Shown: positions 21,536-34,800 of the stretch, piece by piece
How positions within the stretch are numbered: the stretch's first letter is position 1
How the letters are laid out: every line of letters begins with the position of its first letter
NCBI GenBank assembly: GCA_965644315.1
Contig: CBFFRQ010000066.1
Span: forward strand, 310,001 to 374,000
Direction: 5' to 3'
Source: Caecitellus pseudoparvulus
Taxonomy: Eukaryota > Protista > Bigyra: Bicosoecida
DNA length: 64,000 nucleotides
Translations under genes and position numbers: made by a program
The notes under the pieces: generated by a model
What the model was told of the DNA's origin: nothing
Seen by the model: only the letters and a program-made list of their open reading frames with translations
The model's database searches: none

Positions 21536-24500
21536 ATGAGCAAGGCCGTGCCAGTTACCCTGCAGTTGGCAGGGCGGCCACCTGCGACACGGCAGCGGCT
21601 GGTCGTGGAGCTGGACTGGAGTGCTGGCACGTTGCATGAGCGAGTAGCCCAACGCCTGGGGATCTCAGGCGTGGAGAGCGTGCGTGTGGGCGCTGCTGTG
21701 GCAAGGCCTGGCGTTTCCCCTGGCTGACGACCGTTGCTTGTTTTTCGCACAGATGGACGTGGAGGGCAGTAGAGGGGCTGTCAGCAATGTCAGAGATCTG
21801 AGTCCAGAAGACGTCATCGTCGTGACGCCCATGGAGCATGAGCTGGTCTCCATGAGCAAGGAAGAGGCTGTGTTGGAGGCACAGGTGTGTCGCCAGCGTT
21901 TCACCTTTGAGCATGCGGTTCTGCAGGCACTGGCGACCCGTGCGCGAGAGGCCAGGCGATGCCATGCTTTGCCTTTGCTGCAACCTTGGGCTGTGCCTTG
22001 ATTTGCCTGCTTTCTGCTGTGTTGGAGGGCTTCGGTCTGGCCCTGGGCAGCTTGGCGTGGTGCGTACACTCGTTTCTTCCCCCGTCGCCCTTACGCAGCT
22101 GCTTGGCACTGCCAGCCTGGAGGACTTCACTGACTTTCGGTGCCTGGGGCTGGTTGGGGGGGAGCAGTCCAGTGCGCTGCTGTGTGCGTCCTGTTCCATT
22201 CCCGACCTGCCTGCACCCGACAAGGCCTTCGCGTTGCGCGTGGGCGCTGGTGCTGTGGGGCGTGCGCTGTTGGCAGAGAGCCGCGTGCTGGCTCGCGTGC
22301 CCCCGCACCCCCTCGTGCAGCGCCCGCTCGTCACATTTCGTTCGTCCGTGCAGGGCCCCCTGGCAGCTGCTCTGGCTGAGTCGGGATGCGGGCTGGAGGT
22401 GGGCACGCCCATCGTCGTGGCTGTGTCGGGTCTCGCCGAGTCCACGCTGGCAGGGGTGTTGGAGGGCTGTGCGCAGCCCCTGCCGTACCCCCACTTCCTG
22501 CAGCTGGGCGTGGACTTGTTGTCAGCCGTGGCTGCCTGCTCTGAGGCCGGCGTCTGCCACGGCAGCTTGCACCCGGGCATCGTCACCGTGCGACCTGGGC
22601 TGGGGCTGGGCACACCCTCCCTCACCACCTTCACCACTGCCAGTTGCTGCCTGCCCCACGCACGGGACAAGTGGAGTAAACCAGCCGGGCTGGGCAGCCC
22701 TCGCGCACTGGACTCTGAGGTGGCTGGGTTCATGGCCCCTGAGTTGCGGAATTTGTGGGCCGAAGCACACACGATGGGCAGCTCCGCGGCAGACTTTGAC
22801 GGCAGCAAGGCTGACGTGTGGTCAGTCGCTGCAATGCTGCTGTTTGCAGCAACTGGCAGCGAGGTGGTGCCGGGGTACGCTGGCGCAGACTTCGCCGCTG
22901 GGTACACGTACAGTTTGGAGGAGGTGTCTGACCTACCGACCAACTTCCCTGCCAGCATGCACGGCCTGCTGCGGTGGATGCTGCACCCAGACGCGGCAGA
23001 GCGACTGACTGCGACGGCTGCTTTGGCCAAGCTGCAGGAGTTGGCACCGCACGTGCGGCCAGCGGGCGTGGCGGCCTTGCCAGGGCTGGCTCCCGCGCCC
23101 CACACGCTGTTTCCCAGCCGGCGTGGCCAGGCCCTGCTGCGTGGGACGCGGGGTAGCTCTTCCTTCTCCCCTGTGCCAGCTGGGGCGGGGGACGGAGGGG
23201 GGGACGCCCACCAGACAGGGCTCGTGTGTGTGCGCACGTTGACTGGTGCCCACAGTGTCGTGCGTTTCGCCGCCAAGGCGCGGGTATCGGATGTGCTCGT
23301 CACAGCTGCCGACACTCTGCGTGTTTCGGCCCCCCTCAGTTCCTGCGCTCTCTTCCTGGGCGGGCGGCGCCTGGCTCCGGGTGCTGAGCTGCAGAAGGCC
23401 GTGCCTGCCACGGCCCACACCCTGGGCCGCGATGCGAGCTTAGTGGACGCCACCGCCTTGCCAACGGTGTACCTTGTCACGCACCTGAATGGGGATGCGC
23501 TGTTCTTCGCATCTGCTGCCGCCACAGCGGCGGCGGGGGCGGGCGGCGGCGGCGGCGGGGAGGGCGCCTCCCCCGGTGGCCTCATCACCGCCACACCCTT
23601 CCAGCCCTCCGTGCTGTCTCTGGCGGCGCTGGGGGGGCAGATGGTGGTGCCGCTGGCGCTGCAGTTGGGCCTGGGAGCGGGCGCCCTGCCTGCCGCCGCA
23701 GCCATGGCGGGCGTGAGCTCGGGGCCCAGCGTCGGGGAGGGCAACTTGCCCGGCCTGCCCCCTGTGGTGGAGGAGAGCTTGGCGAGGCCGGCAGGCATGG
23801 ACAGCGCCGAGGGAGGGGGGGTGTTGGTGCAGAAAACAGGCGGCGCTGCGGCGGGGGGTGGTGGGGCCCCGCCCACGTTTGCCGGCGGCGCTGCCGGCAG
23901 TGGCGCCACCGTTTCACTGGACGAGCACTTCTCCTTCGGCGTGCTGACGCCAGCTGGGTACGTGTTCGACCCGCGGTCCAAGAACAAGAACGTGGAGCTG
24001 AGCGCGAACAACACCGTGGCAGAGTGCAACGGCAAGTGGGCCTCTGTCGCGCTGCGCATGAAGGCGATGGATGAGGGGCGCCTGGTGTTCAGCGTGCGCC
24101 TGCTGAGCGCCGAGTCAGGGTGCGGCTTCGCCATCGGCGTCGCGTGTGTGGACGGGCCCAACCCCTTCGACCCCGAGTCGCACTCCCTGGGCGCCCACGT
24201 GTCCTCCTTCGCCTACTCCAAGACGGGCAAGAAGGGCGGCGGCAGCCTGGAGGGCTTTACCCCCTACGGCAGCCCCATGGTGACGGGGGACATCATCATG
24301 TGCGACGCCGACGTGTCGCGTGGCACTGTGCGCTTCTACCGCAACGGCATGGACCAGGGCATCGCCTTCGACGTCGGCATCAAGGGGCGCAAGCTGCTGC
24401 CCGTCGTGTGCCTGGGCTCCAACAACGGCGGCAAACTGACTCGGGTGGAGCTGCAGAACCCCGTGCCCATGACCTTCGACAGCATGCGCTCTCACACCCG

Positions 24501-26088
24501 CATGCAGGTGCCGACGGGCCCCCGCAGCCTGCACACCCTCATGAACCACCGCAAGTGGGCCACTTCCATCTGCGCCCACAACGGCATGGTGCGAGGCAAG
24601 ATGGAGTACTCCGTGCGCCTGTCAGACGTGCAGAGCGGGGGCGGCGTCGCACTGGGCGTCGTGGATGCACTGCAGTTCGACTGGAAAACCTCCAACCTTG
24701 GCGCGTCAGAGCAGTCCTGGGGCTTCTCCAAGACGGGCAAGAAGGGGGACGGCAGGGGCTTCGTGGACTACGGCATGCCCTTCACCAATGGAGACGTCGT
24801 GACCATCTGCGTGGACATGGACGCCGGCACCCTGGGCTTCCGCGTCAACGGCATCGACCAGGGCATCGCGTACGGCCCAGGCGCCGAGGACTACAGCCCG
24901 GCCAACCCAGGCCTCAAGGGGCGCTGCGTCGTGCCGGCGGTGTGCCTGGGCTCCTCCGACGGAGACAAGAACTGCAAAGTGGAGCTGGGCGACTGGCACC
25001 GCCACTACGAGGTGGCCCGCTTCGACCCCCTGCGGTGCAAGGCCACGACGCAGATCACGGGGCAGGGCCGGGAGGCCTCCACGGCGCAGAAGTGGGGCAC
25101 CGTCTTCGTCGCGGGCAACCCGGTGCTGTCCGGCACGTACTCTGTGGGGGTGGAGATCACCTCCGCCGAGCAGGGCTGCGGCGCGGCTGTCGGTGTGGCT
25201 GACGCCCTCGGCTTCAAGCCCACCACGGCCAACCTCGGCGCCTCGGACAACTCCTGGGCATACTCCAAGACGGGCAAGGCGTCCAGCGGCCGGCGGTTCG
25301 AGCGGTACGGCGAGCCCTTCGGCAACGGCGACATCGTCACCGTGGACATCGACATGACCCTGGAGCGCATTGAGTTCTACCTGAACGGCGTGTCACAGGG
25401 CGTGCTGCACAGCGGCCACCTGGCCAGCCGCGCACTGGTGCCGGCCGTCTGCATCGGCAACACAGAGGGCGGCCTGTACACGTCGGTGCGCCTGGTGCCG
25501 CCTGCAGTCATCCGCTTCGACCCGGGGCGCAAGTCCTCCCAGATATCACTAGCGAACCACGGCCGCACGGCGGAGACGTCGCAGAAGTGGGCCTCAGTCT
25601 TCGCGCTGCACCCTGGGCAGATGTCTGGCGTGCTGCGTTTCGCGATGGAGCTGCAGGGCTCCGGCGGCATCGCCGTCGGCATCGCCGACGCGAACCACTT
25701 CAAACCCCAGTACCAGAACGTCGGTGCGGCAGAGCACTCGTGGGCGCTCAGCAAGAGCGGCAAGATCTCCTGCGGCGAGGGGTGGCAGGCGTACTCCAGC
25801 AAGCTGGACCCCGGCGACATCGTCGGCGTGGAGATGAACTTCGAAGAGGGCACGCTGACATTTTACCGCAACGGCAAGAGCCTCGGCGTGGCGTTCCGGA
25901 ACCTGGACGGGCGGGGGTACCTCATGATGCCGGCGGTATGCCTGGGGTCCAACTACGGCGAGAGGGAGTCCTCTGCCACCTTCGTGCCGCTCAAGGCGGC
26001 AGCGGATGGCCAGTCTCCCTTCCCAGTCCCCGCGCACCTGGAGGGGGGCGTGCGCGCCAGCGGCATGTTCACGCGCAGTGGACGCTAG
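21536..26088 (+). CDS. Multi-domain protein: N-terminal beta-grasp-like domain, pseudokinase, ubiquitin-like domain, four SPRY/B30.2 domains; exons 21536-21679, 21753-21939, 22028-26088 (about 1,463 aa)
   Basis: Kinase C-lobe motifs VCHGSLHPG, FMAPEL, KADVWSV and MLHPDAAERLT. Ubl-like VRTLTG...LFLGGRRL. Four repeats of FD...KW...GV...SW/FxYSKTGK...YG.PF..GDIV...DM..GT..FY.NG..QG.AF...P.VCLG. Introns GTGCGT..CTGAC..CACAG (21680-21752) and GTGCGC..GGAG (21940-22027; acceptor less certain). Confidence 0.85.
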
Positions 26089-26131
26089 ACACCACATCCC
26101 CCACTCCACCCCTCGTTGACAATGCAAGGCC

Positions 26132-27328
26132 ATGCAGTTGTTGCTCGGCATGTTGACCACGTTGCTCACTGCGCGTCGTGCCATGGCCGCCGTCGCTGGG
26201 TCCGCCCCACCGCCGCGAATCTTTACCCTGCTCCCCGCCACGTCAGATGGAGCAGAGGCATCTTCAGAACCCCTGTCGGCCTTCCCTGACGCAGAGTTCC
26301 CAGGTACGGAAGCACCGCGCAGAAGGAGCCCTACCCGGTGCTGCAGGCATGCATTGAGCGTGAAGTGACCCATCCGCCGCGCTGCCGCAGATGTTTGCCT
26401 TGCTGCGGAATATGCGCCCCTGCTCGCCGCGGCTGGCACCGCCCAAGACGGCATCGGCGCGACGATCGCCTTTGCAGACACAGTAGACAGCACTCAAAAG
26501 ATGCCAGCAGCAGTGTGGGGCGTAGCTGGCGCCCCCCACGGCAGTGTCGCGGTCGCTCGGCACCAAACGGAGGGCCGCGGCCGCAGCAGCAACACCTGGA
26601 CTTCTCCGGAAGGGTGCCTGATGTTCACAACCGCCCTCCGAGCTCCCGCAGCGTGGGGGGCGCACGTCGCCTTGCTTCAGCACGCCATGGCCATTGCAGT
26701 TGTGGAGGGCGCGCAGGCGGCCATTGCTGCGACCGGCGCAAAACCCGCCCAGCTCCACATCAAGTGGCCCAATGACATCTACGCCACGCCACCAGCAGCC
26801 AGCGAGGGCTCGGGCGCGCCTGTGAAGGTGGGCGGCATCCTCGTCCAGTCCGAATTCGACTCCGCCGCCTCTGCCTTCCTGCTCAAGGTCGGCTGCGGGC
26901 TGAACGTGTACGACACGCCGCCGTACGCTGCGTTGAACGACTGGGTCGAACCGCCCCTGCGCAAGGCAGCGCTGCTGGCCCACATCATGCTGGCCCTGCA
27001 AGATGTCTGGCAAGCCTTTGAAGCCGGGGAGGCGGCGGGGGACCCCTTCAAGGCCCTCCTGCCGCGGTACCACGCACTGTGGCTGCACAGCGACATGCGC
27101 GTCACAGCGGGAGATGCGCCCGTGGCCACGCCTGCCGAGGGCACCGCCGGGACCGCCATGTCCACCGGCACAGAAGTGCGCATTTTCTCCCTGTGCCCCA
27201 CGTCAGGTGCCTTGCTGGCCAGCGAGGACCTGGACGGCAGCGGCCCCGGCGCCGGGCCCGTGTGGAGCCTGCACCCAGACGGCAACAGCCTGGACATGAT
27301 GGCAGGCCTCATCAAGCGCAAGGCCTGA
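26132..27328 (+). CDS. Biotin--protein ligase / holocarboxylase synthetase; exons 26132-26303, 26391-27328 (up to 369 aa)
   Basis: BPL motifs VDSTQ, QTEGRGR..NTWTSPEGCLMFT, IKWPNDIY, KVGGILV and GCGLN, plus eukaryotic C-terminal HPDGNSLDMMAGLI. Intron GTACGG...CCGCAG (26304-26390) removes an in-frame TGA. Start could be 26132, 26150 or 26183. Confidence 0.93.
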
Positions 27329-27346
27329 CGCGACGCATGCATTGCT

Positions 27347-28323
27347 TCAGGCCTCCTCCTTGGCCTTCTGCTCCTTGGCCTTGGTGATCAGCGCGCCGAC
27401 GGCAGCCTCCGACAGCGTCTCGTAGCCACCCTCCGGCGTTACCGTCACGAACTCGCAGTTGTCGCCTGACACGGCGTCCTCCATCGTCTCCACCAGCACC
27501 CGCATGGTCGTGGTCAGCGCGTCCTCCAGGGTCATTTCGCTGTCGTACCGCTCCTGCAGCATGCCACGGGCGCCCTCGCCACCGCTGCCAATGGCGTGAG
27601 CGTGGTACTGCACGAAGGTGCCCGAGGGGTCAATGCAGTACATGACAGGCTTGCCGCCATCCACGCCGCCCAGCAGCAAAGACACACCAAAGGGGCGCCC
27701 CATCTTCACCTTGCGGTCATCGCTGTCGCCCTCCCCGAAGGATATCATCGTGTCGCTGAGGGACTGCATCAGGCTCTCGGGCCGCATGGGCTCCGCATAC
27801 ACAAACGTGTGGTTTTGCGCCTCCACACGCACGCGGTCCACAAGAGTCCGGGCATCAGCTGTCAGTCCAGACGCTGCCACACCAACGTGTGTATCAACCT
27901 CATAGACCTTCTCGATGCTGAGAAGGGGGGAGGTGGAGCTGCACTGCGCTTGCGTTTCGCAGCCTGCTGACGCGTGCGGCTCCGCACCTGGACTTTTCCA
28001 ACAAAGGGGACGTCGTGCGCTTCTCGGCAGCCAGAACAATGCCCTGAGCAGTCTGAATGCCAACAGCGAGGGAGCCCAGCTGTGCAGTGGGGCAGGGATG
28101 AGCGAAGGGTGCCCGGCTGCGCTGCTCGGCGTGGTGCTGGCGTTTCACCGCGCACCTCAATGGCTTTGATGGCGTACTCCACTTGAAACAGGCGCCCATC
28201 AGGGTTGAATGTGTTCACACCCCGATCGTAACCCGATCTGCGCTTGATGTGCAAGGGTGGCGGGTGGTGTGGGCGCACATAGCTCCGTGCCACCACAAAG
28301 CTGCCTCACCGGTTCTCATACAT
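27347..28323 (-). CDS. PSMA5: 20S proteasome subunit alpha type-5; exons 28323-28310, 28237-28156, 28079-27988, 27917-27347 (252 aa)
   Basis: Spliced product [40 protein letters not shown]...[47 protein letters not shown]-like..[25 protein letters not shown]. Three GT-AG introns of 72, 76 and 70 nt restore the frame. Confidence 0.96.
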
Positions 28324-28425
28324 GTCTGACGCTGGAGTGAAGTGGCAAACCTGACAGAGATGCAGAGGGACTGACTGCCAAACGCCGCGGCTACAGCATG
28401 TGGATGAAACAGGACGGTGCGCGGG

Positions 28426-28441
28426 TGAATTTTATATCTTC
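28426..28441 (-). promoter_or_regulatory. TATA-like element upstream of PSMA5
   Basis: Minus strand reads AAGATATAAAATTC about 105-115 nt upstream of ATG 28323. Confidence 0.4.
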
Positions 28442-28890
28442 CTTGGCATGTCACAAACTCCGTGTCTGGTGTTGGCCCGTTAGTGGTGCCGCCTACCCCA
28501 GGAACTCCCCTTGAAATGCGAGCTTTGCTGGTGGGCCACACCCAAGGGGGCTAACGAGCGCGATCTTGAAGGCTAATGTACTCGGTAGGTACACGGCAGT
28601 CTTCAACGCAGCCATCTGGCCCAGGGGCTTGCGTGCCCTTGGCTGCTCAAGAACAGCTCACAACAAAGGAGCAGCTTGCAGAAAGAAGCGGGCTGGACCA
28701 AGCGAGAGGAATCCACCCGGAAGCAGATTCATGCGCCTCCCAGTCCTGGCAATCTGCGCTTGCAGCGGGTGCAGTATGAAGAGAGAGTCAAGCGGCTTCA
28801 CAGGCAAGCCGCGTAGCCTGGGGGGTGCATTAAAACCATTTTCCAGGCAGAAAGCACAGAAAAAGCGAAATGGTGCGCGGTGAGCAGCCA

Positions 28891-31800
28891 TCAATGGCTT
28901 TCGGCGATGTGCATGCACACCACATGGCGACTGTCCTCCTCACACTCAAGCGATGCCTCGGGGTCACACAGGGCGCGGGCAGGCGGCCCACTTGCCTCGC
29001 TCCACAAGTCGGCGGCATTCCGTGCGCGCACGGTCACGTACAACAAGCGCCCACCTGGCCAGACCAGCCCTGACTCCTCGTGAATCAGGGCCGAGGCGTG
29101 GGTAGCCATGCCGACACTGGCGCAGGCCTTGACATCGTCAACGACCCCGCTGGCAGGATCCGTGCCAAGGCACCATTCGTACTCTTGCACAGGCGACTCG
29201 TCGTCCTCAGCAGGAGCCCATGTGACGTGGAAGGTATCTCCTTCTCCCCCAATCAAACAAGTTGCGTGGGTATGCTCGGCTGTGTTGAAGATGCTGCCTG
29301 CCGCAAGAACTGGTGGAGTACCGTCGACGACGACCTTGGTGGAAGCCAAGTGCACAGTGCTGCCTGAGCCACTGACCGCCGTCACGGTCGCATTTAACAC
29401 CATGCCGTGTTCTCCTGGGTACACAGTATTGAAGGAGATGAGCGGCGGCGACTGCGCGGGCAGCTCAACAGGAGCAGCTCCACCCCCGACGACAAGCGTG
29501 GGGGAGGCAAAGCTGCCAGTGACGGCTTCGAAAGCCATGCGGCCCACCTTGATGCGGGCTGACTGCGGGCTGGTCGCAGCTGCCTGCCACACTAGTACTG
29601 CAGGGCTTGTCAGAGAGCCTGCAGTGGTCACAGACGACAGCGCCACCTCCAACGCCTGTAGCCCTGACTGGGGGTCTGAAACGCCAGCCAGAACCAGCTG
29701 CAGCCCAGCAGACAGCTGCTCTGGCTGCAAGAAAACGTCGCTGCTCAGTTGTGCTGTGCCAGATGAAGACCCTGAAGGGAGCAAGAATGCACGCGGCGTC
29801 GCGCCTGGGTGCATGCCTGGAGCGGAGGTGTCCCACGTCCCAACCACACCAACTGCGCGAGTAGCGAGGCCCACGCTGTCCTCAGCGGTGATGGAGATCC
29901 ACAATGGGCCGTCAGGGGCCGTGGCAAAGTCTAAGGGCAACTCGGTGGGCTGGCTCTGCAGGGACACCTCAGAGGCCACTCCCTCGCCCAGGGCCATGGA
30001 CCCGATTGCAACGCGCACTTGAACTGGCGCGCCACTCGCATCTGTCCACCCGTCTGCAGACACGAAAAGGGGGCTGCTTGCCGCGGACAGCACGTGCAGG
30101 CTACCTTCAGCTTCTAGGACTGCGCTCTGAAGGGATGCGAGAACGCCAGTGGTCAATGTGCTCACCTGCCCGACCAGCGACAAGGAAGGCTGGAACTGCA
30201 CGGTGAAGCCTGAAGAGGCTGCAGGAGATGTTGCGATCGTCACAGAGCCCATGGCAGGAGGACTGATGTCCACTAGCACCGGTTTAGAGGCTGTCATGGC
30301 TTCACGTCCCAGGACATCCACAACACGAACAGAAACCGTGACCAAGGAGCCAGCCAGCTCAAGCCCTGAAGTATCCAGCAAGACTGGGGTGAAAGGAAGG
30401 CTGCCTTCATCTGCACAGCACGCTCCACAAGCTGACGCATCCGTGCTCAATGTGACAGCCGTCCATGTCTGGGCAACCCGTGTCACCGTGTCTCCAGATG
30501 CTTGCACAGAGTACTCGGCAGAGGCCAAGGGGGCGCCTGCCAGAGACCACGCGGGAAGGTGCACCAGGACATCGTCGCTCCCGAGCACGGCACCATGCAC
30601 TGCTAGAGGGAGAGAAACAGCCAGGTTGCTATCGCTGCCGCAGAGAACGACGGGAGCTGGCGTTGGCGGCTCAGTTACGAAAACAGATACAGGCGTAGTG
30701 CTGGGAGTGCCAGCCCCATTCACGGCGCGCAGGAGAAGGACTGAGTGCCCCGCTGGTAGACCAGCCACAGGCAGTTGCAACACGTAGTGCCCGCCGATGC
30801 CGCTCCACTCGGCTTCCCCAAGCTCTTGCCATGCAGGGTTGGAGCCGTCCAGGGGCAACATAGCGAAAGCCATTTCGCGCACGCCGCTCTCTGGATCAGT
30901 AAAGGGCGTGATAGTCGCTGAAACGATGCCCTCAGAGGCGTCACTGATCACAACATGGTCGATGAAGCCTCCAGCGAGAGAGGCACTCCATTGCGACGTG
31001 TTCCTGCCACTGCTTTCGGCAGATAAGCAATCACCAGCGAGGGGAACTGCTGCCTCAAAGAGCGCATTTCCCAGCGTCAATCGATGGGCGGTCCCAAGTT
31101 CACGTGGACCGCTCCAGATACCTCCCAGTGGCTCTCCGGCTTCGTCACTCAGTGCCAAAGCAACCACACCCGGAATGGGTGTGCTCAAGGGGCCGTCGAT
31201 GAGCACATTTGTGCTTGCCCTCGTGACGATGCCAGCCGCGGACGTGGCTTCCATGCTGACAAAGTACGTGTGCCCACTGAGAAGGGCCAGGTCTGTCCAC
31301 GAAGCAGACCCGTTCAGGCCAGGGGAGCTAACCTCGTACGGTGCAATCACGTCCCCACCCCACAGCTCCGAGCCTACACGCAGAGAAATGCCGTCCAGTG
31401 CCACTGCTGACTCAATAGTCCACTGGACAGCCAATTGAGTCATGCTGCTTTGCATGCCAAGCGTTGCCTTTTGGCAGCCATGTCCAACAGGTTGTACCTG
31501 AAGGGAGGCAACGTGTGGTGCTTGAGCCTGGATCGTGGCACCGGCTGATCTCGTTGAAGACACAAGACCAGCAGCGTTTGTGGCGTTCACCTCCACCAAC
31601 ACTTGTTGCCCATCTTGAAGTGGGGTCTGCAAGTTGAAGGTTACCTTGGAATCTCGCCCTGTGCCCACTGGCTCAGCAATCCAGGCCATGGTTGCCGCAT
31701 CCCTCAGGCCAGCAGAGAAGGTGAACCCGGCTGCACCACTTTCAGTGTCCAAAAACACCCAGCACGCTTGCACTCTGCGAGCGGAGGGCAGAAACAATGC

Positions 31801-34800
31801 GTCTGTGCCGCGCTCGCAGGCTGGCCCAAGAGCCACTCTCAACGCGTCAGGAGCCGTGACGTCCACAACCAGCCCAGTGCTAGCCTTCGATACCACGGAG
31901 CTTGGAGCGTGGGCGACGATTGTACCAAACACAGAGGTGCCTTGAGGTACGGCAGCTGATGCAACCAAACGAATGCTGCAAGTGCCAAACTGAAGATTTG
32001 CGCGAGATACCTCTGCGGAACCCACATCTGAGCTGCCAGGGCTCGTTCCCCACAAGCACTCGACTTTCTGAATAAACGAGCCCTCTACAACAGCTTGGCT
32101 CCAGCGCATGGAGAAGGCTGTGCCATTCGCCGTGTATCCTGCGTCTGTGCCGATGCCAGGTGGCACCATGGCCACAGCTCCCAGCGGCAATTCTGCTGCG
32201 GGCAATGCAACGTCCCACACAGCCCCGATGGTTGGGCGCCTCGTCACGTATTTTCGGGTCACAATGCGGGAGGCAGTGGACAAGCCAGCCGCGTTGGTCG
32301 CGACGAGGGACACCACTGCGCGGCCACTTGCCCCCACAAACACTGTCGGCGCCCACACTCCGCCAACACTCACGTCAGCCGGCACAGAGGACACCAGAAG
32401 AGGCGTCGTGTTGGCATCTGCACCATCCAGGCTGTGTCCTGTCGAAGCCACAAGGTCAGTGACGCCACTTGTTCCATCGGCAATCTTGCGAGTGTCAACA
32501 GCCACGGAAATGCCGGTTGCTCCTGTCGGTTGCGCACACGGTAGGCAGAGAGCCGGCTCGTTCCCCTGTCCAGCCTTGAACGTTCCCAACGGGCAAGCTA
32601 CACACGCGCCGACCAAGTTGAGAACTTCGCCCGCAGGGCATGTGATCGGTGGTGGAATGGAGGGGGTGAAAGCTGGTGGTGAGGGCACAGCCATTCCATC
32701 AGAGGCAGAGCCTGGGCAAGTCCCGCACAGCGCTGCATCGTTGCCGATGCTGGGCTTGCAAGCGGGAGCAGCACAGGCAGTGCACTGGCTGGTTGTCACG
32801 TTCAAGACGAAGCCAGGGCCACAAAAGCAGCCCCCCCCACCGTGCTCAAAGTCTGGAACGAAGACAGCGTGCTCATCAGAGCACAGGCAGGTGTCCCGCC
32901 CGGTCGGTGCGGCGACGGGAATTGGAAGCAACACGCTGGAGTGCACCTGCACCAGGTCCAGGCCAAGCGGCCCGCTCTCGTCGCAAGTCGCACCAGAGCT
33001 GGTGACTGTGGATGACAAGCCAGCGAAGTTGGTTGCTTGCACAGTGACAAAGACTTGCACCCCTTCTGGCAGTGTAACTTGCGCACTACCCCATGTGGCT
33101 TCTCCTCGCCCCTCGGATTCCAGCACGTCGTCTGCACCGGGGCTGGTCCCTGCCCACCAGGCGTAGCTGTGGATCCCCGAAGCATCGCTGAAGTCCTTCC
33201 ACGTGGCTCGCAACACAGAGCAAGATGCAAGGAAGTCTGCGTCTTGTGCGGTCGCGGGTCCGTCCAGCACAACACCTCCAACTGGGCCGCTTGTCACAAC
33301 TGCAATCGGCTGCGATACGGCAGTGGTCGTCAAACCCGCGCCGTTGATGAAGGTGACCGAACAGACATACTTCTTTTGGTTCTCCAGAGGCACTGGGAGG
33401 GAGCCGTCACTGGTGGAGAAGTCAGCACTCTGCTCGGCTGGGTCAGGGGATGCCACGACTGAAATGATCGTGCTCACAGGGCTAAGCGAGCCTGTGCTGC
33501 TCTGCAGCATGAGCTGAGCATCGAAAGCTGCAATGGAAGAGACTGGGTCTTGTCCTCGTTCCCATGCACACTTCGCAGCGCTCGTAGAAGTCTGGAAGCG
33601 AGAGCGACTTGCATGGAAAACACTGCCTGGGAGAGGCGCAGTGTCGTCGGCCACGACGGGCAGCGCAGCCACTGCAGCCCGCAGCCCAGATGGGTTTTCA
33701 CCCACAACAGACACAAAATACTGCACTCCTGGTGTGAGAGACAAGCCAGTGATGCTGGCAGAGAGAGCTGCTCCGTAGTCCTCGTACTCCTTCGCATTTG
33801 CCGCGTAAGGGGAAGTGCCGACAGCAACGAAGTAGCTCATGTGTGCTGGGTTTGCTTCAGCATCTAGGAAGGCTGCCCAACGCACTTCAAGCTCAGATGT
33901 GGACTGCACGTACAGTGCAGAGGGTGCATGCGCTGGCCGCTCCACTGTCACGGTCTGCGCAACAGGGGCAGTTGTGTCAGGGGTGAACACAGCCGTGGCC
34001 ACAGCGCTGACAGCCCCTTCCGCCGCCGAGGCAACAACTGTGATCGTGTACTGCTGTCCCGGGACAAGAGGGAGGTTTGAGGCTTCAGCAAATGTCGCAA
34101 AGCCGACATCCTGCTGGGCCATGATGCTGGTGTCTCCAGCTCCGATCCCGATGGACCACTTAAAAGCCAAGACCTGGTGCGGGTCACGCGAGTGCACGTC
34201 GGTGTCATCCCGCCATGCAGACCAGTCCACAAGCACAGTGTCATTGCTGGAAATGTACTCTGCATGCACAAGTGCGTTGGGCAGCACAATGTCTCCATCC
34301 AGAACTGGGGCCGAAGTGTCCACCACAACGCCATCCGAGGACACACTGACAGGCACGAGAGCCCGGTTGTACATGGTGACCGTAACGAAGTACTGCACCC
34401 CAGATACCAGAGCAACTGGCGGTGTCAAAGTGCACTGAGTTGCAGAGGCCGGGAGTGTGATGACAGCTGCAGTGTCGCACGCCCCCGCGCTGGTGCCAGC
34501 ACAGCACTCAAAGTGATCCACCTGCGAGTCAGGGTCGTAGAAGGCGTCGTGGATCCATGAGCCATTCTCGAGGCGGGCATCTTGGTACAGCCACGTGGCA
34601 GTCAGGGACTGGTCATCAGCCGTGTACCGCTTACTGACTCCGTGCACGTCCCCGTCGTACACAACGCCGGGGATAGGCGGCGTTGAGTCGGTGATTGCAC
34701 CTGCACTCTCAACTGCTGCACTGACAAGCCCACCAGGGTTGACAGCACGAATCTGGAAGCAATACTCCAGGCCATTTTGCATCGCCAGGCCTGTTGCAGT

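Noticed and set aside
21555-24161. 868-aa minus-strand ORF
   Set aside because: Antisense shadow of the GC-rich pseudokinase-SPRY gene; no motifs.
26366-26368. In-frame TGA in the biotin ligase suggesting selenocysteine, readthrough or a pseudogene
   Set aside because: It lies inside a canonical 87-nt GT-AG intron.
28324-28890. Small ORFs (62-108 aa) or an ncRNA in the PSMA5 upstream spacer
   Set aside because: No recognisable motif, codon bias or RNA structure.
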